DNA of 64,000 nucleotides from Batkoa obscura (lineage: Eukaryota). The notes below the pieces were generated by a model. It was given only the letters and a program-made list of their open reading frames with translations, ran no database searches and was not told the DNA's origin. Below are positions 39,071 to 53,315 of the stretch, one piece after another (within the stretch, counting starts at the first letter, position 1; the number at the start of each line of letters is the position of its first letter). The stretch spans positions 1,550,001 to 1,614,000 of the forward strand of contig JASVEC010000002.1 in the NCBI GenBank assembly GCA_030770535.1. Reading direction: 5' to 3'. Both the position numbers and the translations under genes were made by a program.

Positions 39071-39942
39071 AGTTACAGTTTTAGCTTAACTAATAACTAG
39101 ATATATAAACAGTTTAATAAAAATTTGTTAACAAATATTTTGATCCTTTTATTAATTAATACTTAGAAGTGAGTTTGTCCCACGCACCTCCAAATAAGTC
39201 AAAAAGTACTAAAAATATTTTAGCGCGAAAGCATTCTTATTAACAAAACATTGTATTTGTCACAATATATTTTTTACTATCTGTGGTTGACATTAGCCTT
39301 TTTAAGACATTTTAATCTAAGTTCTTTGCTCACTTTAGCTTTAATACAGCTCATAATTTTTGAGGATGGTGCTTAAAATTTTAAGCTGAAAAGATATTAG
39401 CTTAAAAAGTTGTTTGAGAGAAAGTCCAAAAGCTAATTAGAATTTAGCTGCAATATAATGGGTTAGTTATAACCACTTCAAAGTTTAATATATAATGGTC
39501 CAAACATACTCTTGAACTATTTACTTTTAGGCAATTAGTAAACCAGATCATATCACTCTAGATTTCCTTAGCTACAGCCTTTACCTTTAAATTTGTTATT
39601 TATTACCATCATCTGATCTTTGGTTCTTTAATTATATCACCTGATTAATAATGGCAAAGCCTGGTACATATTATGGTGCTACGCATAACCTTCTTTTAGC
39701 AAATGTAAGTTTAGATATAAAATGGTTGACTATGAGTATTAATTCATATGCTATATGTCTAGATCTCACATACATCTATTACGTTGTAGTTTATTATTCA
39801 ATTGAATTTTCATGGTAATTTATTTGGGGTTTACAAGAATGACATGTAAGAATCAATAAATGAAGTAATTTTTAAGAATGTTTAAAAAATGCCAATTTTA
39901 TAAGATTCTTTTAAAGCTACCAAAGTTATTTTTTTATCAAAA

Positions 39943-41493
39943 ATGGGACAATCTAATAGTATTATTTCAGAAGAGAGTAATATTAAAAGCGAAATGCCAA
40001 ATAAAGAAATACTAAAGATAAACCACAGTTTAAGTAAGACCTTCAAAAAGGATACAATGACTTACAATGATTTTAAGGTAAGTGAAATTTCACCTTTAAA
40101 GATTTAGAATAAATGAAATTAAACTTATTTCAATCAGGATGCTTTAAAAACAGATTACTTGAATGATGAAATGATTAAGCTGTATTTTGTCTTTTTTTTA
40201 AATCTTTCGAACAAAAGCATTACATCCCAAACTGAAATTGAAAATACGGTACTTCACAAAAAGTGGATCATAGCGGGATTACCAACATTACTAGGAGATA
40301 TAAGAGACAATAGTTTAAGCAAGAAGAGTTTAAGCTTTCTTAAATGGCTATCAACAGTTGAGGAAGTAGAAATTTTAGGAAGAAAGGAAATTATAAATAG
40401 AATTTCAAAGGAGTTTACAGTACTACTTTTGAAAGGTCTGAAAGGCTACATAAGATTCATCCTTAAAGAAAGTAGTATTTTAGAGGATAAAAACAGTGAA
40501 AACAATTTGGATAGTTATATTGATGATATGATCTTATTTATAGAAGATTTATATTTTAACACCAATTTAATTCCCACAAATAATATTGACAAGTTCTTGC
40601 AAAACAACTTCACAAATTGGTTCATTTTATTAGACTCATTAAATACCAAAGTATTTTTAGATCCAGTAATAAATGAATCGATTTCAAGATCGTTTGGTGA
40701 AGCAGAAACCATTCCAAATATTGATAGCCCTAGTGAAATTTTAACAAATAGTGATATACTATTTTTAGCTCTGTCGATTATCCCTATTCATCGTGAACCT
40801 AATTGCAAGCAATATAGGAAGGAACTTCAACTATTATTTCGAACAAGTACTAATGGGTTTAGCACTAATAGATTTGAAACTCATTGTTTTATGTACCCAG
40901 GGCCAACATTAACATTGTTTAGGTCGTTATACGGAAAAGAAGAAAAGGAAGTAATTTTAGCTCTTTATTCAGAAGATCCTTGGAAAAGATCTTCAACCCC
41001 ATTTTCTAAAGGAAATATAAAACTTATAGAGCTTTTCCCTAACCGACGTATATTTATTCCGAAAGAACCTGTAAGCAATAATGATCCTGGTCTACTTCTA
41101 TATCACCCAGCCAAAGGAATATTGATTGGTAACCCACCTTTAGTTAAATTAGATAAGGATATGCACAATTTGTCATATGATATAAGTCAGAACTACAGTA
41201 CTAAAGCACTATACACTCATATCCCTAAAATGCCATTGAATCCTTATGAACCATTAGAAAATATGGAATTAATCGAAATGGAAGTTTATGGGTTAGGAGG
41301 CAAAAAAGCCAAAGAGGAGCAAAATAAAGAGTGGGAGTTTGAAAAACAAGAGCAAATGAATAGAACAAAAGTATCTGTATTATCAGACCCTCATAACCCT
41401 GAAAATAGAATAGTTTTGGAAATGGCCGGCTTAGTTTCAGACAGTCAAAGTATTAATAATCTAAGAGGAACATCTAAAGAAGAAAGGGACTGA
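39943..41493 (+). CDS. TLDc-domain protein, Rtc5/MEAK7-like, predicted N-myristoylated (2 exons)
   Basis: Exon 1 starts MGQSNS (myristoylation consensus); intron 40078-40137. TLDc motifs LLFRTSTNGFS, YPGPTL and EMEVYGLGG..A..EQ..EW.FE. Confidence 0.85.
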
Positions 41494-41753
41494 TATTTTG
41501 TGCATTAAGGTTATTGAAATTTCATTTACTACAAAGTAGTATAATTACCGCTAATTTATTGGCAATAATTACTATGGCCGATATTAAGTTAAATTTAAAT
41601 ATATAAATAATATAAATATATATTACCCTTCTATCAAGCTATGGAAATTGAATTTTAAACATATTTATTTTATTTAAATAAACCAGAAAAGTGACGTATA
41701 CTATATCTTTTAGTATACAATTCGAGGATGTTGATTGCTTTAAATAAATATAT

Positions 41754-41851
41754 GGGGATGTATTCTTGTGTTTAAGAATTTTACTAACAAATTTTCCGCT
41801 CAAATAGCGCTTAAAAGGTGAAAAAGTAATAAAATCAAAAAAATCATCCTC
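41754..41851 (+). mobile_element. MITE family A copy
   Basis: Consensus match; TSD ATAT. Confidence 0.88.
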
Positions 41852-42819
41852 ATATATTAAATCTTTATGAGATGAATTTTTGAATTAAATAGATGATACT
41901 ATAGCAAAAAAATTATAAATCCATGATACTTCACTATCTGGAAAAAAGAGTTTAAAAATTCATGCAAAAGTAAAAAAAGGCCAGCAAATTATACTGATTT
42001 TTCTAAAAGCTATTAGTAAGTTTTTAATTTTAATTTTTGAGAAACGGCTATTAAATTTCAATTGTGCAGTGGTTAATTATTCTAAAATTAAATTAGAAAA
42101 TAATATGCAAATCATAATGATTAGCGAATTATCAATTACAAAATCACCACTACCAATGCACAACTGAACTTTAACATTTGAAATTAAGTTTCATAAAAAT
42201 CTAACCTAGATTAAAATAAATTTAATGGATTTAAAACCATATAATGTACTATGTACATATAGCATTTTAATATAAAATATAAAAAAACTTTTTACTATAG
42301 TTGCTTTTTTTTAAAGTTCATTACACTTAATTTTAATAAACTTATTTTATTTAATTATATTATTTCTTATCAATATAAATTATATTTTTATTTATAAATT
42401 CATTCTAATTATTAGAACTAGATTTTTTTAACTTATTATAATCAATTAAAGAGCTTTTACAACTTTTTTCTCAAGCATTAAGTTTTATATTTAGTGTTTA
42501 TGACTAGGAAAATCCTTATAAGTATATTAATAGCTTTATGTTTTCTTTAAAATATTATTATTATATAATCAATTTTTTAGAGAACTATTAGCAAAACTAT
42601 TTAATAATTTTTTATAAAAAATAAGTTTGTTTTTATTTTATAAATACTTAATATTTGTTTAAATATTACTAATAATTAGCTATTTTTGATTATAATATAA
42701 GTAATGATAATAATAAAGTTGTTATTATAAATAAATTAGATATTAAAGCTTTAAATAAAGCTGATTTATTAAAGTTTATTATAAAAAGTATATACATTTT
42801 TGGTATTGTTTTCATATGT

Positions 42820-42916
42820 GGGAGTGCTTTTTTTGGTTTCATTACTTTTTCCGTTTTTTAAGCGCTACTTGAGCGGAAAATTGTTAGTAAATTCTTAAGT
42901 AAAAGAATACATCCCC
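42820..42916 (-). mobile_element. MITE family A copy
   Basis: Reverse complement of the consensus; flanks atgt/atat. Confidence 0.88.
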
Positions 42917-43326
42917 ATATGTTTTTAACAACAATACTTTTGCTTTTAAGTAATATTGAAATAACAACGCCAGAGATTTAATTAGTTTTAGTCCAAATTA
43001 TCAGGTAATACTTATTATGTTTTATATTTAATAGTGTTTAGTAAAACTTACATATAATTGATTTTTTGAAATTATTAAAAAAACTAATCATGTCTTTAGT
43101 AATATTATTAATTTAACTGCTTTACTCCAGACTTTTTATAATATAATTAATATGTTTTTGTTTAATATACGCAATTTTAGCTGACTGATTTTTATCTTAA
43201 TAAATTAATTAAAAATTAATTTATTAAGTTTAACTAAAACTTTAATAATATTATCAGTTATAATGTATATAAACTTGGTTAAAAAAGTTAATAGAATTAT
43301 TAATAAAAAAACCAAACTATTGATGA

Positions 43327-43376
43327 TGTGAAATATCGTTTTGTTAGCTGTATGATTAATTATAAAAGTAATTGCG
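43327..43376 (-). mobile_element. Family B terminal fragment
   Basis: tgtgaaatatcgttttgttagctgtatgattaattata matches the reverse complement of the family B 3' end. Confidence 0.55.
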
Positions 43377-43388
43377 TTTTTATAATCA

Positions 43389-43437
43389 ATTTAATTTAAT
43401 TTAATTTAATTTAATTTAATTTAATTTAATTTAATTT
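43389..43437. repeat. (TTTAA)n pentanucleotide microsatellite
   Basis: About 9-10 tandem units. Confidence 0.85.
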
Positions 43438-43477
43438 GTTATTGAAATCAAAATCATTTGATTTATCATAAACAGTT

Positions 43478-43574
43478 GGGGATGTATTTTTGTGTTTAAG
43501 AATTTTACTAACAAATTTTCCACTTAAATAGTGCTTAAAAGATAAAAAAATGATGAAGCCAAAAAAACATCCCC
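43478..43574 (+). mobile_element. MITE family A copy
   Basis: Consensus match; flanks agtt/aatt. Confidence 0.88.
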
Positions 43575-43977
43575 AATTGATTAAAAAACTTTTACAGTTC
43601 TTTTTGAATACTAAACTTTGTATTTGTATTGAATTATAATTTATATTATTTTTAGCATTTTTAATAAAAATTACAAAAGTTTGTAATGAATCTTATATTA
43701 AAAAAATTACTTAGTAAATATAGAATAATAATAGCTTATAAAACATTGTTTTTATTAACTTTTATAATGTTTAAAATATTTATCAAATAAATAGCAAATT
43801 AGCAATAATTTCTATAATGGCCTATTATAAATTACATGCTTTAATTTTAATTTTAATTTTATATAGTACCAAATTAAAAAAAAATACAACAAAACAAACT
43901 ATATACTTTTAATAATACTTTCTATAATAAACAATGGATTTACTAATTGTTTTTTTATAAATCCTTATATTGTTCAT

Positions 43978-44075
43978 GGGGATGTATTTTTGTCCTTAAG
44001 AATTTTACTAACAAATTTCCTGTTTAAATAGCGCTTAAAAAATGGAAAAAATAATGAAGTCAAAAAAACACTCTC
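43978..44075 (+). mobile_element. MITE family A copy
   Basis: Consensus match; TSD not clean. Confidence 0.85.
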
Positions 44076-44513
44076 AAATGGTTTTTATTTCTATTCTAAG
44101 TAGAATTTATAATATAAAAAGCAATGCAAGTGATGCTATTAAAAAGTTGAAGGGCTTTCTGGTCGAAATCTCGTATACTAAAATAGACAGCCTATGATTA
44201 AAACATTTAATAGTTTTGAAATTATTAGTTTGCTTTTAGCACTATGATTTAATGTTTAAATTTATAACAACTCAAAGTTTAATTTAATCTTTTTAAAGTC
44301 TATAAATATATCAATAATAAGCCACTGTTCTATAAAATGATGTTCTGAAATACTCTATAATTTTATTGTTAGATTAATCATCGTTTATTTGAGAAATTTT
44401 AGATGCTTAACTATAAAAATATAATAAAAACCTTTTAAATAATATTAAAGGGTATTCATAAAATCACAAGTATATAAAAAAAATTAAAGTTGTTTTATAA
44501 ATAATTACTATTT

Positions 44514-44611
44514 GGGGATGTTTTTTTTGATTTCATTATTTTTCCATTTTTTAAGCGCTATTTAAGTGGAAAGATTGTTAGTAAAATTCTTAAACAAAAA
44601 AAAACATCCTC
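44514..44611 (-). mobile_element. MITE family A copy
   Basis: Reverse complement of the consensus; TSD ATTT/ATTT. Confidence 0.88.
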
Positions 44612-45667
44612 ATTTGTTATCACTCAAATTTATGAAATTCAATACCTTTTAAGTCATAAAACCTATTGTTTTAATGATAACAAAGTGGGATTAGGAACAT
44701 TTGTTAAGTTATATAGTAGCTTCTGTGAATTTTTATAATGCGTTGATGTTAATACTATGCTAGTATTTATTGAACTGACTATTTAATCAAAAACTAAGCT
44801 GATATTAATAATGCTATATTATTCCGCTGCTGCTATTTTTTATTTACACCGATTACCATTCCCGTTTACTATGGAATATTATAATTTTTAATAAAATGTA
44901 TCCGAATTACCCGTAATAATTCGTTTAATATAATAAAAAAGTAAAATAGAGCTTTAACGTAAATTAAAGCGAACTCAAGCTTAATAAGTAAAACAGAGTT
45001 TATAACATAAATAGAGCATAAACAAAAAGACGATATGTATAGGGTTCGGATTAAATTCTTGGAGAATTTCCATCCTGGGATCTAGTAATTAAGATACACT
45101 TAATCAATTATAAACCAATAAATAACAGGTAGAGTATAATAATAGTTGTCTTAATGGTCTGAGTGTGAGTTAACGCTGAAGTAAGTTAGTAGATTTCTTA
45201 TTCTTAAACAACATGAATATTAAAATAAATAATTTAAGACGATGAAATTAATTTCAAGGATATTTACGCATACAATTAGTCTTAATATCAAAAATTCTAG
45301 GCTTTATGCTTATTTAGCAAATTATTATATATAATGAAATAGTTGGAATACAACTATTGTAAAAAACAAGGAACCAGTTGGCTCGGCTATTATTGTAAAA
45401 TAGTTGATTTTTTGATATAGGCTCAAAAAGGTAATTAGTAAATTCATAAAAAATACCTAGGAATAATACAAACACTTTGAATGGCATACGTGTAGCACTT
45501 TGTATATTTTTTAAATTCATTATAACTGTTTATATTCTTCTTCTGTATGATAATTGGTAGTATTTCATATAATACTCTAAATGTATCTTTTAAAAACTCA
45601 ATCATGATTTTAAACAGATGCTAAGTTATTATTTTATACTGCTTTTATTTGAGCTATGATAGAATAT

Positions 45668-45766
45668 GGGGATGTATTTTTGTGTTTAAGAATTTTACTA
45701 ACAAATTTTCCGCTTAAATAGTGCTTAAAAAATGGAAAAAATAATGAAGTTAAAAAAAACACTCCC
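45668..45766 (+). mobile_element. MITE family A copy (99 bp)
   Basis: Near-consensus; TSD ATAT. Confidence 0.9.
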
Positions 45767-48171
45767 ATATAGTGGTTGAAATGGAGTTGATAATGTTATT
45801 ATAATGACACATTTTGGCAGATGAGCTACCTATAGCCAAAATACTAAAAAATAGTTATACTTTAAATTGTATTTTTTTTAAGAAGCTATAATAAGTCAAG
45901 CTTTAAAAAAATAAGGCTAGAATGTACATTGAACTAAATAGCTACTTTCACTTATGTTGATTTTTATTTTTAAAATGCGAAATGAAGCTAATAAAGTTTT
46001 ATTACTTTTATACTTTCATTGTTAATAGTAATTTTATATGTGTATGATATTTGGATTTATGAGGGAATATAATATATTATATAACAAAAAGGTATAAATT
46101 GGTTATTTAAAATTGGGTAAATATCAAGGAAAAATTGCTCAAATTTGCGAGCATTTATTAAAGTAATATTTTTACAAATATCAGCTCGCTTAAATAAAAT
46201 AGGTAGAAAATATTTAGCCCAAATATCGGTAAAAAGATTAAAAGTAGGTTCAAGCAATATTTTTAAGATATTTGTTTAAGTATTGACTTATTTTTTAATT
46301 TTATCGATCTGTTTCTATATTAAAACTTTTTGAATTAATTTAAATATAGATTGTAAAGTTACTTTGATTTATAAGAAATTAATAATCAGGCCCTAATCGG
46401 TTTCCTTTTATATTAGTTTTTCCATTTTGATACTGTGCTAGAATATATCTTGAAAATTTAATATTTGGATAATATGACCCTACATTTTAAAATAGAACCA
46501 GATGAGGTTACTAATAATAAATCATTTAATTTTTTAATTTAAGTCTTGCATTTGTCAAATTATCGTTTTTTTAATCAACATTGAAATTTATGAATTAAAG
46601 ATGCAGACTCCTATATAATAAACTTAATGGTTATATGCTTAATAGTTTGAAATAATTTGCTTGATATATAATATTTTGAAACCCGGAATCAAAGGAAAGG
46701 GATGGCATTCCTGAAGGAATAGCCTCAATAGCTTACTAACGATCATAAATCAATCTAATACGGGTAAATTTATACTATTTACTTTGGTATTGAATTTACA
46801 GCAAATTTTTCTTTACATATTCCCAAAATTTTATACGCAAGTAAGGTAAAATACATTTATAGAGCAAAAACATTTATCCTTCTTCTCCTATAATTATTGG
46901 AGAATTACATGAATTCAGTTAGCTTCTTAGTCATGACCATTTAACTACTATTATTATCACAATGACAACCTATTTTTTATAATTCGACTCTTCGGTTAAA
47001 TTTTATACTCTCATTTCCGCTATGACACTCCAATATTGCAATTAAACCATGCTATCACTTTCAATTTAGATAAATCATTATTGCTAGATATTCAATGGTG
47101 TATTCAAAATACCAGACATAACTAACATTTCACATTAAGCTCTAAACAAAACTACTTTTCTACCAAAGGTATATGAAAATTTTTGAGTATAAAGCATGTG
47201 TTTGCTTTTTTCTCAAAAGGTATTGCAATATTAGTCAAAATTATATTTTGATAAACAGTATCTCTCTATTTACTTTCAATGACCTTTATATAACTATTAA
47301 AGTTAACTCCACTAAGCTAAAGCTTTATTATATAAGTCAATAGAAGACAGGCGTTCTTTATTAATGAAGAAAGGCCTATATAATTAAAATAGTATATACT
47401 TTTGAAAAACTAATCTAAATTAGTGTTGATATCCTAATAAATTTATTAATGAAGTTACTTTATTGTATATTAATAGGTTATTTTATTTAAATGACCCATT
47501 AAATAGCATCATTTAAACAGATGTAATTCGAGTGTTTTATCATAATATATTTAATAATTTAATATACAGATCAAATTTTATAAAAGTATAAAATCAAAGG
47601 TAGGTTAAATTCAGATTTGCATAGAATAATGCTATTATATCCTGTTTTTTTATTTAGCTTAATCTATATTAATTGTGAGCTAACTGTAACTCACTATATA
47701 CTTGCCCTGAAAAATACCTATTTTTATTAGATTATTATATTTATATTTATATTGCGTTAATATATTTTTTAATCAATGATTTAATTATAATAAAATAAAG
47801 TGTTTGTAAACATTGTAAATATTTTAATATAAATTGCCTAATTTGGTTTTGTCTTTCATTAAATGATTTTAATAATAAAAATTACTTTTTATTCTTAACT
47901 AAGATCATTCAAAGTTAAAAAATTACAAAATATTTTTTGCTTAATTATTCTTTATTGGAATTAAATTTATTATCAATTCATTACATTTTAATTGAACTAT
48001 AATAATATTTTAATAAATATAGTAATTACCCTAATTAACCTTATACTAATATTAGCTCTAATAAATTCAATGTGTTATTATATCATTTATTTTAACCTAA
48101 CCATTACAGTATTTAAATAGAAAGGATAGAAAAAAAATCAAAATTAAAAAAATCAAAATTTATTAAATTAA

Positions 48172-48672
48172 ATGACATCCTCATCTTGTAGTATAAATTT
48201 CATGCTAAATCCAATTAGTGAAAGTATTACCCAAAGTGATTATCAAGATCAACTAGAAGCATCACCTAATAGTATGAACAGTAGTCTATCTGAGATACTT
48301 CAGGATCAAAGTAAATGGGCTTTTTTGAGTGATTTGGCTTTTAGCGATAATAGTAGTATAGTACCAATCAAACCAAAAAGAAAGAGAGCCTCGGCCTGGC
48401 AAATAGAGTTTTTGGAGAAGGTGTGGGAATACACTTCTTTCCCATCAACATATCAAAGAATCAAGATAGGAATGAAGTTAAATATGGCACCAAGGGCGGT
48501 TCAAATTTGGTTTCAAAACAAGAGAAAAGCTCTAAATGTTAGGAGGAACAATAAAAGGAAGGATTTATTGATTAATACTAAGGACTTATCTGGATCAAGT
48601 TCAAGCTATCAAACTCCGCTCAACTCCCCATCTACTTTGCAGCCTACGATTAAGAATATTCTAAACGAGTAG
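48172..48672 (+). CDS. Homeodomain transcription factor HD5 (Q50, intronless)
   Basis: KPKRKRASAWQIEFLEKVWEYTSFPSTYQRIKIGMKLNMAPRAVQIWFQNKRK; N-terminal CSINFMLN and C-terminal TIKNILN. Confidence 0.94.
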   Translation: MTSSSCSINFMLNPISESITQSDYQDQLEASPNSMNSSLSEILQDQSKWAFLSDLAFSDNSSIVPIKPKRKRASAWQIEFLEKVWEYTSFPSTYQRIKIGMKLNMAPRAVQIWFQNKRKALNVRRNNKRKDLLINTKDLSGSSSSYQTPLNSPSTLQPTIKNILNE

Positions 48673-51600
48673 TTTTTGTATAATACTTTTTCTTTTCGCC
48701 CTCAACTTATATTAATTCATCACCTTATCTTTCTACCATCTATAAATTTAAAATCATTTTAACTTTTAATAAATTGAGTTTTCTGTAATGAATTGTAATA
48801 TTTTCTATTTTCTATTTTCTAGCTTCTACAAATTTCATTTTACTAGCTAATTTTAATTTTATAACATTTAAATGGAATTCTAAATCTTAAAAAAGGTCTA
48901 GGCTAAAAGATTGCATTAAGAAAAAGAATTAATCAAAATAGAAATAATGGAATTTAGGATAAATTCCAATATATAATCTTATATTATACAAAACAAGATA
49001 GAAACTGAAGAATAATCCCGTTATAATTTTAAAATGCTTTTTATAGCAGTTCTCCGATAGGTGAATCTATAGATTTTTGATTCTGTCTTCTATTTAGGAT
49101 TTAAGTGTGTGCTTCAGGTTCTTTAATAGCTCCTTTAATTAATTTACTATAAAATACTCCCTATAAAAATTCAATTTCAAAGTTAAATGACATTATTAAT
49201 CAATTGAAGCGATATTTAACCACTCTCCTTATAAGTAATCTTGAATTTGATAATTTTGAGCTTAGTCACCTATTTTATTAATAAAAACTGCATTACAACA
49301 ATCAGTTAAAAAAATACGGGTTTTAAAGTTTACAGTAAATAAGCGATGCTTATATTTTATTAATAAAATATAAATAACCTTAGTTACTGTATATACAAAA
49401 AAACAATGATTTCGTATTAAATCAGTACCTTCTGTTGCTGATTCTCTTTAATTCCGCTTTATGATATTCTCTGCGTTTATCATCGTTTTTTTCAAATGAA
49501 CCTTTGTTTCGCTGCTTTTACAAATACACCTCAATAGCTCCTTACTTCTTTAATAATAGAAACACTATCATATATTGTATGTTAACAAGCATTTTGCCTA
49601 TAGTGAGTCTATGATAATTAGTATGATTAATAAGCTGCTATTAAATTTCATTAAGTAATACATTATTTAATTTAACATTTTTATTTATTAATGAATTTGT
49701 AAATGTTGAATTAACACACTCTAATTGCTATATTTACAATACAGAACAATACAGGACAATACATCTCTACTGCTTTAGAACAAGATGTAGTCTCGAATAT
49801 AGTGAAATGAATTAAAAATTTTACATAACTTATAAATAGCTTTCAGCGAACTCTATTGATAAAAACGATCGAAAATGTTTTAGATGTAAACTATTCAACA
49901 TAAGACTAAATCGCCTTTTATTTTATTTATTTCCTAATACGCTATTCAAGTACCATAGCAAAGTAGAAATGCTAATAAACAAAAGATTAGGGATAAAATG
50001 TTGAGGTTTTTTTATACATCCTTTATTATTGAAACAGAAGGAATTTTCTTAATTATAAAATAAAGTCAGCTAATAACTATTTTGGTAAGGATCAAATACT
50101 ACATCCTTGAAGCATTCAAGTTGGTATGAAAGCCAGTGGCTATTGTAATTAAACTTTTTTATAAATGATGATATCAATACTTTCTAAACTTGCTTAGAGA
50201 TATAAAATTTAATGTTCGATGATTATGTATAATTTGAGAATATGCTACTATTACATATCATCCTCGCTTTAATTAGAATCTAGACTAGTCTTTATTCGGA
50301 TAAATTTATATTAAAAATATGAATAGATTCTTGTTAAATTAATTATTTTAATATTTCGTTTTTAGGAATTACTTTCCCATGTATTCTTTGATTTATAAAA
50401 AATATAAAATTTTATACTTCAAAAGATCAAAATTACATTTATATTTGTTTGTTAAAATATGTAGTATTTGCTTTTATTTTTGTATTTGTTTTAGGGAACA
50501 GAATAAACAAATGGAACGTTGAAAAAACTGTGTTAAAAAGTAGAGTTCTAAAAAATTAAGGTTTCAAAGAGTAATTGGTTATTGATATTTAGAGTTTTAA
50601 TTATGTAGTTGACTTGCATCTTAGCTCTTTGAAAAATATTATTATTAGCTCAAATTCGTTTTTCTTTGTGCTTAATGATAATCGAATTAAAACCTTCAAA
50701 AGCTATAATTTAAAGGACAATAAATGTTCAACTCTTAGTACTTATATTGTCATTTATTTCACTTTATATAAAATATAAGTGAGTTACAATCTTTAAATAA
50801 GACTTTCTATCCTAAAACTGTAAGTTATTTTGAGTACACGAAGTTCTAATCTCAACTTTATTATATCTTAATTCAAATACTAGTTTCACAAAAAACCTAA
50901 ATAATATAATTATATACATTACTGTAAGTTTGTTTCCTTTACTGCTTTTAATATTTTAAAGAAAACAGTTTAAATACATAAAATCTTGAAATCTGATATT
51001 ACTATTTTAATTTTATAAAGTAGCACTTCAACTTCAAATAACAAATTCAAGTGCTAATGGTCTATAAAAAATAAATAAGAAATAAGTTTTAAAGATTAAA
51101 AATAAGATCAATACTAAGATTATATCTATAAAGTAATTCTAATCCCTATAAATGTATTTCATTGATGTTTAGGCAGATTCAATTAAATAGTGAAGACAAA
51201 TGAAATCATTATTGATCAGTGAGTTTTAAAAATAGCTAAAAAGCAACAGGTAATTAAAATTTATAATAAAAACATATAACAGTTAATTCCAACTATAAAA
51301 AAGGAAAGATATTTTTTATATGTTAAAACAATTAATGTTCTGCTTTGGATTTGTCTAGACCATATCATTAGACATACGATAGATATAAAGTGCCAATTTC
51401 CTAATAAATATTCGAACCTTGTTGAATCTAGAGCTTATATCGGGTAAATAATTTTGATCAAATAAAGAAATTAAAGCTATAATAGAAGTTAAACCACTGA
51501 TGATAGATCATTTTATTTATAGTCATTGTGGTGCTAGATATTTTTCTAAATATTGGACCTGTCAGGGCTAGTAGCCGTATATTAAAAGCTATTAGAACAC

Positions 51601-53220
51601 TAAATTTGAACATTACCATAGACTTGATTGAAGCTCTGATACCAACATATTTTAGTCCTTTGTGGATTTTGTTAAAGTATGCCTTTGTATAGAAATGTGA
51701 TGTTTTAATAAACAAATAATAACACAAGGGTGACATAGGATTAAACTAAGGTTTTAGATGATTCAATAGCCATATAAGCTTACTTTGAGAACATAATAAA
51801 TGTAATATCATATCATATTTTTTGGATCTATATGAGATTTTATTACATAATTTAACATACTTCAAAATATATACGATTTAATCACTTCCGTTTATTTGTA
51901 ATATTAAGGTTGATTAGCTTACTTTTTAGGATCTTTTAACTTTATTCAAAGCCAACTATCTCTTGCCAAGACCTTAAATTCAATTAACTTATAGCATAAT
52001 TTTAGCCTAAATCTAATATATTAACAACAAAAGCTTACTGAATATTATAATATAATTTAACTTAGAGAACAATGGATGCTATTTTTTGAGTGAAAACCTT
52101 AGTTTTGATTAAAACCATAGCTATTTTTATAACGCTTTTAAATCAAATATCAGTTTTCAAATACAATTTACATAGCAAGTCATTATATGGACTACTCTTT
52201 ACTAATTTAAGCACATTTTACCAACCATAACGGTACATATGCATATTAGAATTAATAAACCATATTTTAACTTTGTTGTTGTTGAAATTTACATAAATGA
52301 AGCTATAAAATGTGATAAAAAGGTTGAACCTTGGTGCTTTTTAGAATATAACCCTTATATGTTTTTAACACCATAACATAATATGTATAATAAACCCCCT
52401 TTTAAGAATAAAGCCGAAGAATCTATTGTATGAGACTAATTTCAAAACAGTTCCTTTAAATTTATAATCAATTTAACTACTTTGCTCTTTGATCCATGAG
52501 CCTTGAAACCGATGCTAATGTTTTAGAAACCACAGGGTCAGGATGTTTTCTTTATGCCAGACCTTTCATTTTTTTTTTCTAACTTTCAACATCTTTTATA
52601 AGTTGTCTATGTTATTTGGATAAATCGTTACTAATATTGTAAATGCCTTTAGTTCCCAATCTGGGCTTTTCACACTTTAAATCATAGTTCTAAATGCAAA
52701 GTATTTTTAATTAAACTATTTTTCCTTTTCCCTCTCTAAATAGACTAGCTTAAAAAGAGGAAAAGCATCTTACGGAAGTTTTCTCTGGTTTATTCGCTTC
52801 TATTACTACTAACAATATGATCTTTTAGTATTATTTTAAATTTAGTATTTTAATTCAAAAATAATATCATTAGCAAGTATTCCTAAAAAAATGAATTCTT
52901 TAAACTGAGATAGTAAAAGAAAATTCTGAGTTTCAAACTGGTTTTTTTACTCTCTTTAAATACATAGGCCTCATGTGTTTTATTTAAAATAGAAAATTGA
53001 ACACTCTCAAGACTAATCTAAGAGATACTGGTTGTTAATAGGTTATTTATGAAAGAGTATCAATTGCATTTAAGCTGTTTATACTTTGGAAAAAAGCTTA
53101 AAATCTATATTATTTCTACTTTCTAAAAAGTTACCTTTTGGCTTTAAACAAAAGAGTTTGAAAATATAAGTGAGAAAAAAAGCTGGATAGTCAAATTGAA
53201 GAGTCATAAAACTTTTATAT

Positions 53221-53315
53221 GAGGATGTATTTCTATGTTCAAGGATTTTATCAATAATTTTTTCGCTCAAATAGCACTTGAAAGATGGAAAAGGTGATGA
53301 AGACAAAAAACACCT
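53221..53315 (+). mobile_element. MITE family A copy, diverged
   Basis: gaggatgtatttctatgttcaaggatttt...gaagacaaaaaacacct. Confidence 0.75.

Noticed and set aside
48020..48060. TAATTA homeodomain sites upstream of HD5 as autoregulation
   Set aside because: Such hexamers are expected very frequently at this AT content.
14562..51736. Isolated 60-92 aa ORFs (14562, 32101, 45314, 46057, 51458)
   Set aside because: AT-driven F/I/L/K/N composition, no motifs, and no GC elevation like that of the real genes.
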